Source: Candidatus Latescibacterota bacterium (lineage in GTDB: Bacteria; Latescibacterota; UBA2968; GCA-2709665). From it: a stretch of DNA of 64,000 bases. Positions within the stretch are counted from its first letter, which is position 1. The number at the start of each line of letters is the position of its first letter. A program made the translations under genes and the position numbers. Under the pieces are notes generated by a model. The model worked only from the letters and a program-made list of their open reading frames with translations, was not told the DNA's origin and made no database searches. The stretch is from NCBI GenBank assembly GCA_965208835.1, contig OZ242358.1:2048001-2112000 (forward strand). The letters are read 5' to 3'. Below, one piece after another: positions 1 to 9,975 of the stretch.

Positions 1-402
1 AACAGCTGGCGGGAAGAGAAGCTGCCCGACGCCTCGCCGGTCTACGATTCCGGGAAGGATCTGCAGGGCCCGGCATCCGTCGCGGTCGCCACGCTCCACA
101 GACCGAAATTTCGCCGTTTTCCATCCGGCGTGGGATTGCGCCACACCCGGATCGTCGTCTTTGGAGACTCTGATTTCGCGGGCAACGAGTTCTTTGACAC
201 GGTAGGCAACGGCGACCTGTTCATGAACGCGGTGAGTTGGCTCATGGAGGAGGGAGATCTGATCTCCATCCGTCCCAAGATGTGGGCGTTCAGGGGCGTG
301 GTCATGACGGCAGAAGACCTCTTGTGGCTTTCGTGGCTTTCCGTCGTCATCATTCCGGCCATACCCGTCGTTGTCGGCATCGGGGTCTGGCGCAGGCGCT
401 GA
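1..402 (+). CDS. GldG-like / ABC-type uncharacterised transport auxiliary protein, C-terminal part (5' truncated by window)
   Basis: Frame open from base 1; RIVVFGDSDF...NGDLFMNAVSWL...LISIRPK motif, then a C-terminal TM helix ending WRRR. Confidence 0.7.
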   Translation, partial: NSWREEKLPDASPVYDSGKDLQGPASVAVATLHRPKFRRFPSGVGLRHTRIVVFGDSDFAGNEFFDTVGNGDLFMNAVSWLMEEGDLISIRPKMWAFRGVVMTAEDLLWLSWLSVVIIPAIPVVVGIGVWRRR

Positions 403-439
403 CGCATCGCTGCATGGGGAAATCCGACGGGAATCTTGT

Positions 440-1858
440 ATGAATTTAAGGACGACAGGTGGTCTTGTGCTGCTTCTGGCGGTCCTGGTCGGTTTTGTCT
501 ACTTTTACGAAATCCGGGGCGCCGACGAACGTTACAGGGCCCGCGTCGAGGCGGGGCGTCTCCTTCATCTGGAAGAAAACGCGGTTAGCGGGCTGACGGT
601 CCACCGGGGCGATACAACCATCGTCATGCGGAAGTCGGGAGACACGTGGCGAATTCTGCAACCTGTTGCCACCGGCGGCGACGACGGCGAAATCGTCGGA
701 TTGATCCGGACGTTGGGGGCCATGGACCTGGAGCGCGTTGTGGCGGACAGCGTCCGTATCGCGCAGGGCCAGGCCCGTCTCTCGGATTTCGGCCTCGAGA
801 GGCCGAATCTGGCGCTGGAAATAGCGCGGGAGGACCGCGTGGACTCACTCTTCTGGGGCAATCGAAGTCCGACTGGACGGTATGGCTATGTCAGGTGGTC
901 CGGTCATCCGGGAATACTCGCGGTGGGCGCCCCTTTCAGATTGAGAGTGGAGAAAGGGCTGTTTCAGCTGCGTGACAAGCGGGTCGCGGAATTCAATCCG
1001 GATACCGTTCGGAAAGTCGAAATTGCCACAGGCGATACCCGGGTCGTCGTGGAGAAGCTTACTGAAGCCTGGCGCCTGACGTTTCCCGTCAACGACCGCA
1101 CCGACGAGGACGAGGTCCTAAAGCTGATCAACCGACTGCGGACGGCCGAATTCACGCGTGTTGTCGCGGAGGCGTCCCGGGAGCGGGTGCAATACGGGTT
1201 GGAGAATCCAACACTGACGGTAACGATTTTTGAAGGAGACCCGGAGCGGACAAAGACCATAATGATCGGACGCAGGAAGGACGGAAGCCGGTTTCCGCCG
1301 TTTTTTGCGGCGGTTTCGGCCAGTCCCATGGTTTTTCTGGTCGATTCGACCTTCGTCGTGGATATCAGGAAAACGGCATCGGACCTGAGGTTCAAGCGTA
1401 TATTTGCGTTCGATGCCTCGGGCGTCGACCGGATGAAGCTGGCGTACCGGGACCGTGTCGTGGAGTGCGTCAGGGATAGGGCCGGCGATACCTGGCAGGT
1501 GCTGCAACCGAAGCTGCACATTGTCCTGGAACATCGTATACGACATTTCTTTCGTACCATCGAACTGCTTGAAGCCGATGATTTCGTGGCCGAAGATCTG
1601 AAGTCGCCGGAGGCATTCGGATTCGATCGTCCGGCACTAGAGGTCACCGCCTGGCGGGGCGGCGCCGTTGCACAGAGACTGACTATAGGTGAAAGGGACG
1701 GCAAGGTGTACGCGCGGGGCCAACACCGCCCCCAGGTCGCCCGAATCGACCACAAGGTCCTGACGAAACTGAATCTTGAACTCGTGTCCGTAAGGCCCGA
1801 GGTTGCCCGCCCCGATACTATTGAATCACCGCGTGGCGGGGCAGTGAGGATGCGATGA
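440..1858 (+). CDS. DUF4340-domain membrane-anchored protein
   Basis: N-terminal TM anchor; three repeats with (F/Y)G(L/F)xxP motif (FGLERP, YGLENP, FGFDRP); usual partner of GldG-like genes; start trimmed to ATG 440. Confidence 0.7.
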   Translation: MNLRTTGGLVLLLAVLVGFVYFYEIRGADERYRARVEAGRLLHLEENAVSGLTVHRGDTTIVMRKSGDTWRILQPVATGGDDGEIVGLIRTLGAMDLERVVADSVRIAQGQARLSDFGLERPNLALEIAREDRVDSLFWGNRSPTGRYGYVRWSGHPGILAVGAPFRLRVEKGLFQLRDKRVAEFNPDTVRKVEIATGDTRVVVEKLTEAWRLTFPVNDRTDEDEVLKLINRLRTAEFTRVVAEASRERVQYGLENPTLTVTIFEGDPERTKTIMIGRRKDGSRFPPFFAAVSASPMVFLVDSTFVVDIRKTASDLRFKRIFAFDASGVDRMKLAYRDRVVECVRDRAGDTWQVLQPKLHIVLEHRIRHFFRTIELLEADDFVAEDLKSPEAFGFDRPALEVTAWRGGAVAQRLTIGERDGKVYARGQHRPQVARIDHKVLTKLNLELVSVRPEVARPDTIESPRGGAVRMR

Positions 1859-1874
1859 AGGTGACCGACGGAAC

Positions 1875-2831
1875 ATGGCCCGTATTTTGATATCGCTGTG
1901 TATCGGCGCCTGCGGCGTGGTGGTCTCCTGCGTCCACGCCGGCGCCGGTGTTTCGTTCGATGCGACGGTAAGCCGGGATTCCCTTACGTTGGGCGATCCC
2001 GTTCTCCTGGAGTTGCGGATCAGGCGTGAACCGGGAGATGCCGTCGCGCTCGTGCAGAACGAGGATTTCCTCGAGCCGTTCGAGGTGCGTCGCCAGGTGC
2101 CGTCAATCGTTCGGGAGGCGCCGGGCGGTGGCGTGGAGGAGATACTGGCCTTCGAAATCGCGGTGTACCGTCTGGGTGTGATCGAAGTGCCCTCTCTGGT
2201 GCTTCAGGTGCGGACGGCCGCGGGTGACTCCGGGCTGGTCGCATCCGAGCCGATACCGGTTATGGTACGCAGCGTCATGCCCGCGGGAATGAAGGATATA
2301 AGGGACGTAAAGCCTCCGGTCGACATCGAGGCCAGAATACCGGAATGGTTCTGGCTCGCTGTTGCCGTTCTGGCTGGCCTCGTGGCCGCGGCAATCTGGT
2401 TTTGGTACCGGCGAAGGCGGAAGCCGGTGATCGATCCGCCACCGCCGCCGGTGCACTGGCCCGGGGAAGTCGAGAAGATTCTGCGGATGCAACTCCTGCA
2501 AAACGGCGAGTACAAACGCTTTTACAGCCTGCTTTCCGAGGTGATGCGCCGTTACCTGGAAGATCGCGTCCGGGTGGACGCAATGGAGCGTACCACACAC
2601 GAACTGGTGCAAGACCTCGAGCGGATACCGCTCGGGCATGCGGAAGTATCGGCGCTGGACGTGCTGTTGTCGGAGGCGGATCTGGTGAAGTTCGCGAAGC
2701 TCCGTCCCCACGATGAGGTTGCCGCGAAGGCCGCGGAAAAGGTTCTGGATCTCATGCGCCGGCTCGACGCGCAGCCTCGGCCGGGTGGGGACGGGACAGT
2801 GAATGTCTCGCCGGCGGAAGTGACGGCATGA
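1875..2831 (+). CDS. Bat-cluster membrane protein (BatD-like N-terminal domain, TM, C-terminal ERTT...DLVKFAK domain)
   Basis: Signal peptide, IRDVKPP motif, TM followed by RRRR, RRYLE..AMERTT..E and ADLVKFAK; lies directly upstream of batA. Confidence 0.7.
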   Translation: MARILISLCIGACGVVVSCVHAGAGVSFDATVSRDSLTLGDPVLLELRIRREPGDAVALVQNEDFLEPFEVRRQVPSIVREAPGGGVEEILAFEIAVYRLGVIEVPSLVLQVRTAAGDSGLVASEPIPVMVRSVMPAGMKDIRDVKPPVDIEARIPEWFWLAVAVLAGLVAAAIWFWYRRRRKPVIDPPPPPVHWPGEVEKILRMQLLQNGEYKRFYSLLSEVMRRYLEDRVRVDAMERTTHELVQDLERIPLGHAEVSALDVLLSEADLVKFAKLRPHDEVAAKAAEKVLDLMRRLDAQPRPGGDGTVNVSPAEVTA

Positions 2832-3814
2832 TTGAATTCAAGGACCCGGAGTGGCTCTTCGCCCTGGTTCTGGTGCCGTTTCTGATCTATCGATACGTAC
2901 GCCACCAGAGGCAGAAGCAGGGCAGCATTCGTTTTCCAGACCTGGGTCTGATCGGCCGGATTCCGCCGTCGGTCGTACTCAGGCTGCGCCACGGCCTGAT
3001 TGCGTTGCGATGTCTGGCGTTGATCCTCCTGATAATCGCGCTTGCGCGTCCGCGGTCCGGACGGGAAGGGAGAGAAATCCTGACCCGCGGAATCGATATC
3101 GTACTCGCCCTTGACGTGTCCGGCAGCATGGCTTACAAGGATTTGGACCGTCAGCGGAAGACAAGGTTGCAGGTCAGCAAGGAGGTCGTGAGCCAGTTCG
3201 TGCGCGGGCGGGTCAACGACCGGCTCGGGCTCGTCGTGTTTGCAGGTGAGAGCTATACACAGTGCCCGTTGACCCTCGACTACGGGATATTTCTCAGCTT
3301 TTTGAAGGAAGTCCGGCTCGCGGACGATTCCTGGGACGGCACCGCCATCGGAACCGGCATTGTCACGGCGGTAAACCGCCTGCGACGGTCGGAAGCGAGC
3401 AGCCGCGTGGTTATCCTGTTGACGGACGGCGTGAATAACAGGGGAGAGGTGGACCCCGTTACGGCTGCCCGGGCGGCACAGGCCGTGGGCATACGGATCT
3501 ACACGATCGGTGCGGGAAGCAGCGGCGTGATCGTGACCGGCCAGGGCCTGCTCCAGCAGCGGGTCCGGGTCGAAATCGACGAAGAGACCCTGAAGGAAGT
3601 TGCCGAAATCACCGGTGGGCGTTATTTCCGCGCGACCAGCGAGAAGAAACTCGAGGAAATCTACCGTGCGATCGGCGAGATGGAAATGACGGAGATAAAA
3701 ACACGCGACTACGTGGACTACTCCGAATTGTTCACCCTTTTCCTCTGGCCGGGTCTTGTCTTGCTGGGCGTCGAACTGATGCTGGCGAACACGAGGTTCC
3801 GGAGGATTCCATAG
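2828..3814 (+). CDS. batA: BatA, vWA-domain membrane protein
   Basis: F.xP.WL N-terminal anchor, ALARP, MIDAS DVSGSM, GTAIG, LLTDG; C-terminal TRFRRIP. Confidence 0.85.
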   Translation: MIEFKDPEWLFALVLVPFLIYRYVRHQRQKQGSIRFPDLGLIGRIPPSVVLRLRHGLIALRCLALILLIIALARPRSGREGREILTRGIDIVLALDVSGSMAYKDLDRQRKTRLQVSKEVVSQFVRGRVNDRLGLVVFAGESYTQCPLTLDYGIFLSFLKEVRLADDSWDGTAIGTGIVTAVNRLRRSEASSRVVILLTDGVNNRGEVDPVTAARAAQAVGIRIYTIGAGSSGVIVTGQGLLQQRVRVEIDEETLKEVAEITGGRYFRATSEKKLEEIYRAIGEMEMTEIKTRDYVDYSELFTLFLWPGLVLLGVELMLANTRFRRIP

Positions 3815-3815
3815 G

Positions 3816-4838
3816 ATGCGTTTCGGCGACGTTCAGGCACTCTGGTTCCTCTTGATCGTGCCGGCGGCAACGCTGTTCTTTGCGGTCGCGTTTCGAAAAA
3901 AACGGCGGGCGCTCACGCGTTTTGGAAGTCCGGAACTCATGCGGAAGCTGACGGCGGCCACGAGCTGGAAGCGGCAGTGGGTGAAGGCCGCGTTGACGGT
4001 CTGCGGACTCGTCTTTCTGGTTCTGGCGCTGGCGCAGCCCAGGTACGGAATGCGGCTTGAACTGCTGCACCGGAGGGGCGTGGATGTTATTGTCGCGCTG
4101 GATACGTCTCTGAGCATGCTGGCGGAAGATATCCGGCCCAATCGACTGACGCGTGCACGCTTCGAGATCGAGTCCTTTATCGACCGGCTGGAAGGCGACA
4201 GGATCGGTCTGGTCGCGTTTGCGGGACGCAGCTTCACGCTCTGCCCCCTGACCCTGGACTACAGCGCCGCCAAGCTGTTTCTGGACTCGATCGACACGGA
4301 TGTCATTCCCGTGAAGGGCACGGCCATAGCCGAAGCCATTCGCGCGTCGACGCGGGCATTCGGCAGCGAGGAACGGAAATATAAGGTCATGGTGCTCATA
4401 ACGGATGGCGAGGACCACGCCGGCGATCCTGTAGAAGCCGCGAAGGAGGCGGCGGAAGCCGGTGTGCGGATCTTCGCGGTGGGGGTGGGGACGCCCGGGG
4501 GAGAGTTGATCCCGGTAAGACAGAACGGACGGACGGATTTCCTGAAGGACGGTCGGGGAAACTACGTCAAGTCACGCCTTGACGAGGCGAGTCTGCAACA
4601 GGTGGCAGGCGTGTCCGACGGGGTCTATTTCCGGTCTCAGGCGGGAGGCGTGGGCATGGACAGGGTGTACGACGAAATCTCACAGATGGAGAAGAAGGAG
4701 CTGGGATCGCGGAAATACACGCAGTATAAGCACCGGTTCCAGTGGCCGCTGGCCGTCGCCGTGGCCTGTTTTGCCGGCGAGGCAATGTTGTCGGATCGGA
4801 GAAGGGTGCGAACGCGTTGGCGTGGGCGGTTTCAGTAA
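3816..4838 (+). CDS. batB: BatB, vWA-domain membrane protein
   Basis: ALAQP, MIDAS DTSLSM, PNRL, PLTLDY, ITDGEDH, GVGTPGGELIP; follows batA. Confidence 0.85.
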   Translation: MRFGDVQALWFLLIVPAATLFFAVAFRKKRRALTRFGSPELMRKLTAATSWKRQWVKAALTVCGLVFLVLALAQPRYGMRLELLHRRGVDVIVALDTSLSMLAEDIRPNRLTRARFEIESFIDRLEGDRIGLVAFAGRSFTLCPLTLDYSAAKLFLDSIDTDVIPVKGTAIAEAIRASTRAFGSEERKYKVMVLITDGEDHAGDPVEAAKEAAEAGVRIFAVGVGTPGGELIPVRQNGRTDFLKDGRGNYVKSRLDEASLQQVAGVSDGVYFRSQAGGVGMDRVYDEISQMEKKELGSRKYTQYKHRFQWPLAVAVACFAGEAMLSDRRRVRTRWRGRFQ

Positions 4839-4864
4839 AACCGGATTCACCAGGAGTGTGCTTC

Positions 4865-5683
4865 GTGTATCGATATCTGATGGGCCTTGTCGTTGTACCG
4901 CTTCTCGGCTTCACGTTTCTGGATCCGGCGGCGGACAAGAACAGGCGGGGCAACCTTATGTTTCACGAAGGCAAGTTCGAGGAAGCGCTCGAGTATTACC
5001 GTGAGGCCCAGGTGGAGAATCCGGAAGCGCCGGAGCTCAGGTTCAATGCCGGCGACGCCTATTTCAAGACAAACGCCTTTCAGGACGCCCTTCAGGAGTT
5101 TGGTCAGGCATTGAAGAGCCAGGACCCCTCGTTTCTCGCGAGGGCGTATTACAATCTGGGCAATGTCCACGTCCGCCAGCAGAACCTGCAGCAGGCGGCC
5201 GAAGCCTACAGGCGGTCGCTGTCGTTACGGCCGGACGACCTGGACGCAAAGGTGAATCTGGAATGGGTTCTGGAAAAAATGCGGGAGCAGGAGAAGAATC
5301 AGAAGCGTGAGCAGGAGCAAGGGGAAAACCGAAAGGACGATCGTGATCAGAATGAAAACAGCAACGAGCCGGACGAAAAGGAACCGGATGACGGTGGGAA
5401 CAAGGAACAGTCCGAGGATCAGCCGGACACCGACGCCGACGGCGATCGTGATCGGAATCAGGAACCCAGGAATGATTCGGAGCAGGAACAGCGCGGTCAG
5501 CCGGAAGACCCCGCCCGGCAGCAGCAGAATCAGCAATCAACGCAGTCCGAATCACCGTCAGGGGCATTGAGTCGGGAAGAGGCTGAGCGCCTGCTGGACG
5601 CGATGAAGGACAGGGAAACGAAGTCCCAGAAACACCGCCGTTTGCGCGTTTTCGGCAAACGATACGAGGGTAACGAGTGGTAG
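4865..5683 (+). CDS. batC: BatC-like TPR protein with Q/E/D-rich linker
   Basis: TPR repeats (YYNLGN, DAKVNLE), acidic/Gln low-complexity linker, LSREEAERLLDAM, ends in EW; GTG start after AGGAG. Confidence 0.75.
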   Translation: MYRYLMGLVVVPLLGFTFLDPAADKNRRGNLMFHEGKFEEALEYYREAQVENPEAPELRFNAGDAYFKTNAFQDALQEFGQALKSQDPSFLARAYYNLGNVHVRQQNLQQAAEAYRRSLSLRPDDLDAKVNLEWVLEKMREQEKNQKREQEQGENRKDDRDQNENSNEPDEKEPDDGGNKEQSEDQPDTDADGDRDRNQEPRNDSEQEQRGQPEDPARQQQNQQSTQSESPSGALSREEAERLLDAMKDRETKSQKHRRLRVFGKRYEGNEW

Positions 5684-5685
5684 GT

Positions 5686-7509
5686 ATGTTACGCCCGCCC
5701 GTCTGTGTTCATTTGTTCGTTCTGTTGGCTGCGTGCGGCGTTGCGCTGGCCGAAACGCCGCGTCTCCGGGTCTCTGTAGACCGTACGCGCGTGGAGGTGG
5801 GCGAACAGGTCACGCTGACGGTAACGTTAACGGCCGGCGGAGACGTCGTTGCGCCGGAACTGCCGGTTCCGGAGGCGTTCGACGTAATCGGGCGTTCGAC
5901 ATATTCAACCCAGGAACTCAACATTACGAACGGTCGGGTCGTAACCACGCGAAACAACTCGTACGTGTATTCCCTGAGGGCGAGGCGCGAGGGCAGTTTC
6001 GTGATCGGCCCGGCGCACGTGATGCATGAGGGTAGGCGTCACGAATCGTCGAAGGTTCGGGTGAATGTCCTGAAGCGCGGCGGGGCGCCGAGCACGCGCC
6101 CGGTGCCGGCGCCGGGACAGAACTCCGGCGATTCGGATGTGGATGAATTGAAGGATGACCTGTTCGTTGCAACCACGGTAGACAAGAAAAAGGTTTACGT
6201 GGGAGAGCAGGTGACCGTTACGTATAAGCTCTACACACGCCGGACACTCCGCAATATCAGCTACGGCCGCCTGCCCGCCTATACCGGTTTCTGGTCGGAA
6301 ACCCTGTTTGACGCGCAGCGCGCCAGTTTTGACCGCGAGGTCCATAACGGCCGCGAGTTCGACGTGATGCTGTTGAAGACGATGGCGTTGTTTCCCACTG
6401 CGTCCGGAGTACAGTCGCTTGACGCGCTCGAAGTGGTCTGCCAGATTCAGGAGCGCACGCGCCGCAGAAACCTGTTCGATATGGATGACTTTTTCAGATT
6501 CGGCGCCAGCCGGGAAGTGCGCGCGCGATCGGAAGCCGTGAAGATCGAAGTCTCCCCTCTGCCCGCGGGTGCTCCCTCCGCGTTCAGCGGTGCGGTGGGC
6601 CGGTTCGACATATCGGTCGAGGCGTCGCCAGTGTCAGTCCAGGCAGGAGATCCGATCGCGGTGAAGGTCAAGGTACACGGGAACGGGAATCTCAATGCCG
6701 TAGGCGAACCCGTTCGTCCGCACCGGGACGCGTTCAAGTTCTACGACCCGAATTCAAGGGTAAGCACGGGGGACTCGGACGGACGAATCGGCGGGGAAAA
6801 GACCTTCGAATATGTCGCGATTCCCAACCGGGCCGGCAGCTGGAAGATCGGTCCGTTCACGCTGGCTTATTTCGACCCCGGGGAAAGGCGATATCGCACA
6901 ACGCGCTCGAAGGCGGTTACGGTAAACGTGGAGCGTGGTAAGCAGCTGGCAGCTTCCGGGGCCGTGATGAGCCGGAAAGAGATCGAAATGCTCGGCCGGG
7001 ATATTCGTCACTTGAAGCCGGATCTCGGACATCTGGACGATCACGGAAGGCCGTACATCACGACCACCTGGTTCTGGAGCATTCAGTTCGTGCCCGTACT
7101 CGGTTTTTTCGGCATTCTCACATATAAGTGCCACCGGGACCGGCTCATGGGAGACGTGGCGTATGCCCGAAGACGGCGTTCGGGTTCTGAGGCTAGGAAA
7201 CGCCTGACGCAGGCCCGAAAACGGCTCCGCGAAAAGGACGGAGTGGCGTTCCACGTTGAAATCGACCGGGCGCTTGCCCAGTTTCTGGCCGATCGATTGA
7301 ACCTGCCGGTCGCTGCTATCACCCGGGAGTCGGCCGCGCGGGCGCTTCGAGAGAAGGAGGTGCCTGACCCGATCGTCTTGGAAGTGCAGGATGTCTTCCT
7401 GCGTTGCGACTTCGCACGCTTTGCCTCGGCCAGGATACCGGAGAGCGAACGGGAGGAAGTCTATAACGCCGCGGCGGCCCTGATCGACGCGCTGGGAGCC
7501 AGGATATGA
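5686..7509 (+). CDS. batD: BatD-family protein
   Basis: Signal peptide, SVDRTRVEVGE, VYVGEQ, FSGAVGRF, FDP..RY motifs; C-terminal TM and CDFARFA. Confidence 0.8.
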   Translation: MLRPPVCVHLFVLLAACGVALAETPRLRVSVDRTRVEVGEQVTLTVTLTAGGDVVAPELPVPEAFDVIGRSTYSTQELNITNGRVVTTRNNSYVYSLRARREGSFVIGPAHVMHEGRRHESSKVRVNVLKRGGAPSTRPVPAPGQNSGDSDVDELKDDLFVATTVDKKKVYVGEQVTVTYKLYTRRTLRNISYGRLPAYTGFWSETLFDAQRASFDREVHNGREFDVMLLKTMALFPTASGVQSLDALEVVCQIQERTRRRNLFDMDDFFRFGASREVRARSEAVKIEVSPLPAGAPSAFSGAVGRFDISVEASPVSVQAGDPIAVKVKVHGNGNLNAVGEPVRPHRDAFKFYDPNSRVSTGDSDGRIGGEKTFEYVAIPNRAGSWKIGPFTLAYFDPGERRYRTTRSKAVTVNVERGKQLAASGAVMSRKEIEMLGRDIRHLKPDLGHLDDHGRPYITTTWFWSIQFVPVLGFFGILTYKCHRDRLMGDVAYARRRRSGSEARKRLTQARKRLREKDGVAFHVEIDRALAQFLADRLNLPVAAITRESAARALREKEVPDPIVLEVQDVFLRCDFARFASARIPESEREEVYNAAAALIDALGARI

Positions 7510-8333
7510 CGGGAAGGCGCGCACCGGTCGGCTGTTTTCGGCGGGTCTGCGGGGCTCTGGGCTCGGCCATCCCTTCGGCGGACAAGGTCTCGATGACGGC
7601 ACTGATATTCGTTGTCTTTGCTGGCGGTGCGTACGGTGCGGGGACCGGAGCGAGCACTTATAATGAAGCGAACGCCCTGTACAGGCAGGGCGAATTCAGG
7701 AAGGCGGCGGGCCGGTACGAGGAGGTCGTGTCCCGGGGCGTGCGAAACGGCAACGTTTTTTTCAATCTTGGCAATGCCTATTTCAAGGCCGGAGAAACAG
7801 GTCGGGCCATTCTTGCATACGAGCGTGCTCTCAGGTTGATGCCGGACGATGAGGATGTTCTCGCGAATCTTCGGTTCGTGAACGCCGTCAAGGAAGACAA
7901 GAGTCCGGATGATGACCTCAATCTTGCAACCCGCATTCTGTCGTCCGGGTACCGGCTGCTCAGCGCTGATGTGCTGGCCGTGTCAGGAAGCGTCTGTTTG
8001 TTTTTGCTGGCGGCCGCCGCCGTGATCCGGCTTCTGTCGGCTTCCCGCCGTTCGTTGTGGGTCGGGTTGCTGGTGCTCGCGGGTGTGGGGTTCTGCGGTT
8101 CGGGCGCGCTCCTGACTTACAGGGTTTATACCGAATCCTCCGTTTCGGAAGCGATCGTCATTGCCGACGAGGTAAGGGGACGCAGTGGGCCGGGGGACGA
8201 TTATCTGCTCGTATTTACGATTCATGAAGGCACGAAGGTAACGATCGAACGGATGGAAGACCGCTGGTACCTTGTAAGGTTGCCAAACGGCATTGGCGGC
8301 TGGCTTCCCGGGACTGCGATGGAGATAATCTGA
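7506..8333 (+). CDS. batE: BatE-like TPR + SH3b protein
   Basis: TPR ([18 protein letters not shown]), two TMs, C-terminal SH3b (RSGP, IHEGTKV, GWLP); true start may lie further downstream. Confidence 0.75.
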   Translation: MTGRRAPVGCFRRVCGALGSAIPSADKVSMTALIFVVFAGGAYGAGTGASTYNEANALYRQGEFRKAAGRYEEVVSRGVRNGNVFFNLGNAYFKAGETGRAILAYERALRLMPDDEDVLANLRFVNAVKEDKSPDDDLNLATRILSSGYRLLSADVLAVSGSVCLFLLAAAAVIRLLSASRRSLWVGLLVLAGVGFCGSGALLTYRVYTESSVSEAIVIADEVRGRSGPGDDYLLVFTIHEGTKVTIERMEDRWYLVRLPNGIGGWLPGTAMEII

Positions 8334-8449
8334 AACGTGAAATACGGGCACTCATACGCGTGCGATGCGCGGGATTCCGGTCGTCACGAAGACGGAAGAC
8401 CGGTTTCCCAAGGTGTGTCGACCGATCAATTGATCAGGGAGTCGGCGTG

Positions 8450-9793
8450 ATGTCGTTCAGGGCCTGGTTCCAATGTTTCAAGGGTTGCGGCGGCCAATAT
8501 CCCCTGACCCAGGTCATTTATGCGTGTCCGGAATGCGGCGGTTTGCTCGAGGTTCGCCACGATGTGGAAGCACTGCGCGCCAGGCCACCCCATTACTGGC
8601 GTCAACTGTTCGATCGACGGTATATGCGTACGGATTGGCCTTACGGCAGTTCGGTGTGGGGAAAGAAGGAAATGGTCTGTCCCGTGGTGGACAACGAGAA
8701 CGTGGTTTCGATGTATGAAGGGGGGAGCAACCTGTTCTGGGCGGAGCGACTCGGACGGGAGATCGGGGTGGAGGACCTGTGGGTCAAGCAATGCGGAAAC
8801 AGCCACACCGGTTCGTTCAAGGATCTGGGCATGACCGTGCTGGTATCAATGGTAAAGCAAATGGTCGCCGAAGGTCAGCGCATTCCCGCCGCCGCGTGCG
8901 CCTCGACGGGTGATACTTCGGCGGCTCTTGCCGCCTATTGCGCGCACGCGGGTATACAGGCGGTCGTGTTTCTGCCGCGTGACAAGGTCTCCACGGCCCA
9001 GCTCGTGCAGCCCATGGCCAACGGGGCGCTGGTTTTGAGTCTGGATACGGACTTTGACGGTTGCATGAAGCTGGTTCAGGAAGTCTGCCACAACGAGAAC
9101 ATTTACCTCGCCAATTCGATGAACTCGCTTCGCGTAGAGGGGCAGAAAACCGTCAGCGTGGAGCTGCTTCAACAGTTCGACTGGGACCTGCCGCAATGGA
9201 TCGTCATTCCAGGGGGCAATCTGGGCAACGTCAGTGCACTGGGAAAGGGCTTCAGCGAGCTGAAGGAAATGGGCCTGATCGACCGTACGCCCCGAATCGC
9301 TGTTGCGCAGAGTGCCCGTGCGAATCCGCTTTACCGAAGCTTTCTCCGCGATTTCGACGCGTTTGAACCGCTCAAGGCGCGGACGACACTGGCCAGCGCC
9401 ATCCAGATTGGTGATCCGGTCAGTACCGAAAAGGCGATCAGGACACTTAAAGACATCGGCGGCGTGGTGGAGCAGGCCACCGATCAGGAACTGGCGGACG
9501 CGGCGGCGAGGGCGGATCGCACGGGACTGTTTTCGTGCCCGCATACGGGCGTGGCCTTTGCCGCGCTTTTCAAGCTGGTGGACCGCGGCGTCATCCGGAA
9601 GGATGAGCGGGTTGTGGTGATTTCCACCGCCCATGGATTGAAATTTGCTGATTTCAAGATCAGGTACCACCAGGCGGAACTCGGCGCATTCGATGTGGAC
9701 CCGAATTACGCCAACCTGCCCGTCGAATTGCCGGCAGAGTACGGGCCGGTCCGAGATCAGATCTTTCGGACGCTCGACTTGAACGGCGGTTGA
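8450..9793 (+). CDS. thrC: Threonine synthase, plant-like subfamily
   Basis: PLP lysine motif [40 protein letters not shown]; [12 protein letters not shown] resembles plant TS; RBS AGGGAG. Confidence 0.9.
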   Translation: MSFRAWFQCFKGCGGQYPLTQVIYACPECGGLLEVRHDVEALRARPPHYWRQLFDRRYMRTDWPYGSSVWGKKEMVCPVVDNENVVSMYEGGSNLFWAERLGREIGVEDLWVKQCGNSHTGSFKDLGMTVLVSMVKQMVAEGQRIPAAACASTGDTSAALAAYCAHAGIQAVVFLPRDKVSTAQLVQPMANGALVLSLDTDFDGCMKLVQEVCHNENIYLANSMNSLRVEGQKTVSVELLQQFDWDLPQWIVIPGGNLGNVSALGKGFSELKEMGLIDRTPRIAVAQSARANPLYRSFLRDFDAFEPLKARTTLASAIQIGDPVSTEKAIRTLKDIGGVVEQATDQELADAAARADRTGLFSCPHTGVAFAALFKLVDRGVIRKDERVVVISTAHGLKFADFKIRYHQAELGAFDVDPNYANLPVELPAEYGPVRDQIFRTLDLNGG

Positions 9794-9818
9794 CAGCGGC
9801 GATGGATTTGGTTAAATT
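9790..9818 (+). promoter_or_regulatory. Sigma70-type promoter for the riboswitch-metB unit
   Basis: TTGACA (9790-9795, overlaps thrC TGA) N17 TAAATT (9813-9818). Confidence 0.65.
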
Positions 9819-9835
9819 GGTTGACCAGATTCAGC

Positions 9836-9886
9836 GTAGTGGTGATTTGAGGCATATTGCAGCCACTATAAAGAAATCGCTAAAAA
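9836..9886 (+). ncRNA. SAM-II (SAM-alpha)-class riboswitch aptamer
   Basis: TAGTGGT-GATTTG...TATTGCA-GCCACTA...AAATC-GCTAAA; P1 9837-43/9862-68; TTGC 9857-60 pairs with GC(T)AA 9879-83 as in SAM-II; upstream of a Met biosynthesis gene. Confidence 0.85.
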
Positions 9887-9927
9887 GCTGATTACCCATA
9901 CGATAGCTGGATGCGTATTCAGGTTCT

Positions 9928-9956
9928 CTGGGGCTTTTTGGCTTCAGTTTTTTTTT
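9928..9956 (+). terminator. Intrinsic terminator in metB leader (riboswitch expression platform)
   Basis: CTGGGGC/GCTTCAG 7-bp stem (2 G-U), loop TTTTTG, followed by T9. Confidence 0.65.
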
Positions 9957-9975
9957 GTCAATTCCGGAGGATGCG

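Noticed and set aside
5280-5560. Q/E/D-rich repetitive DNA in batC
   Set aside because: Typical low-complexity linker of BatC proteins, not a tandem array
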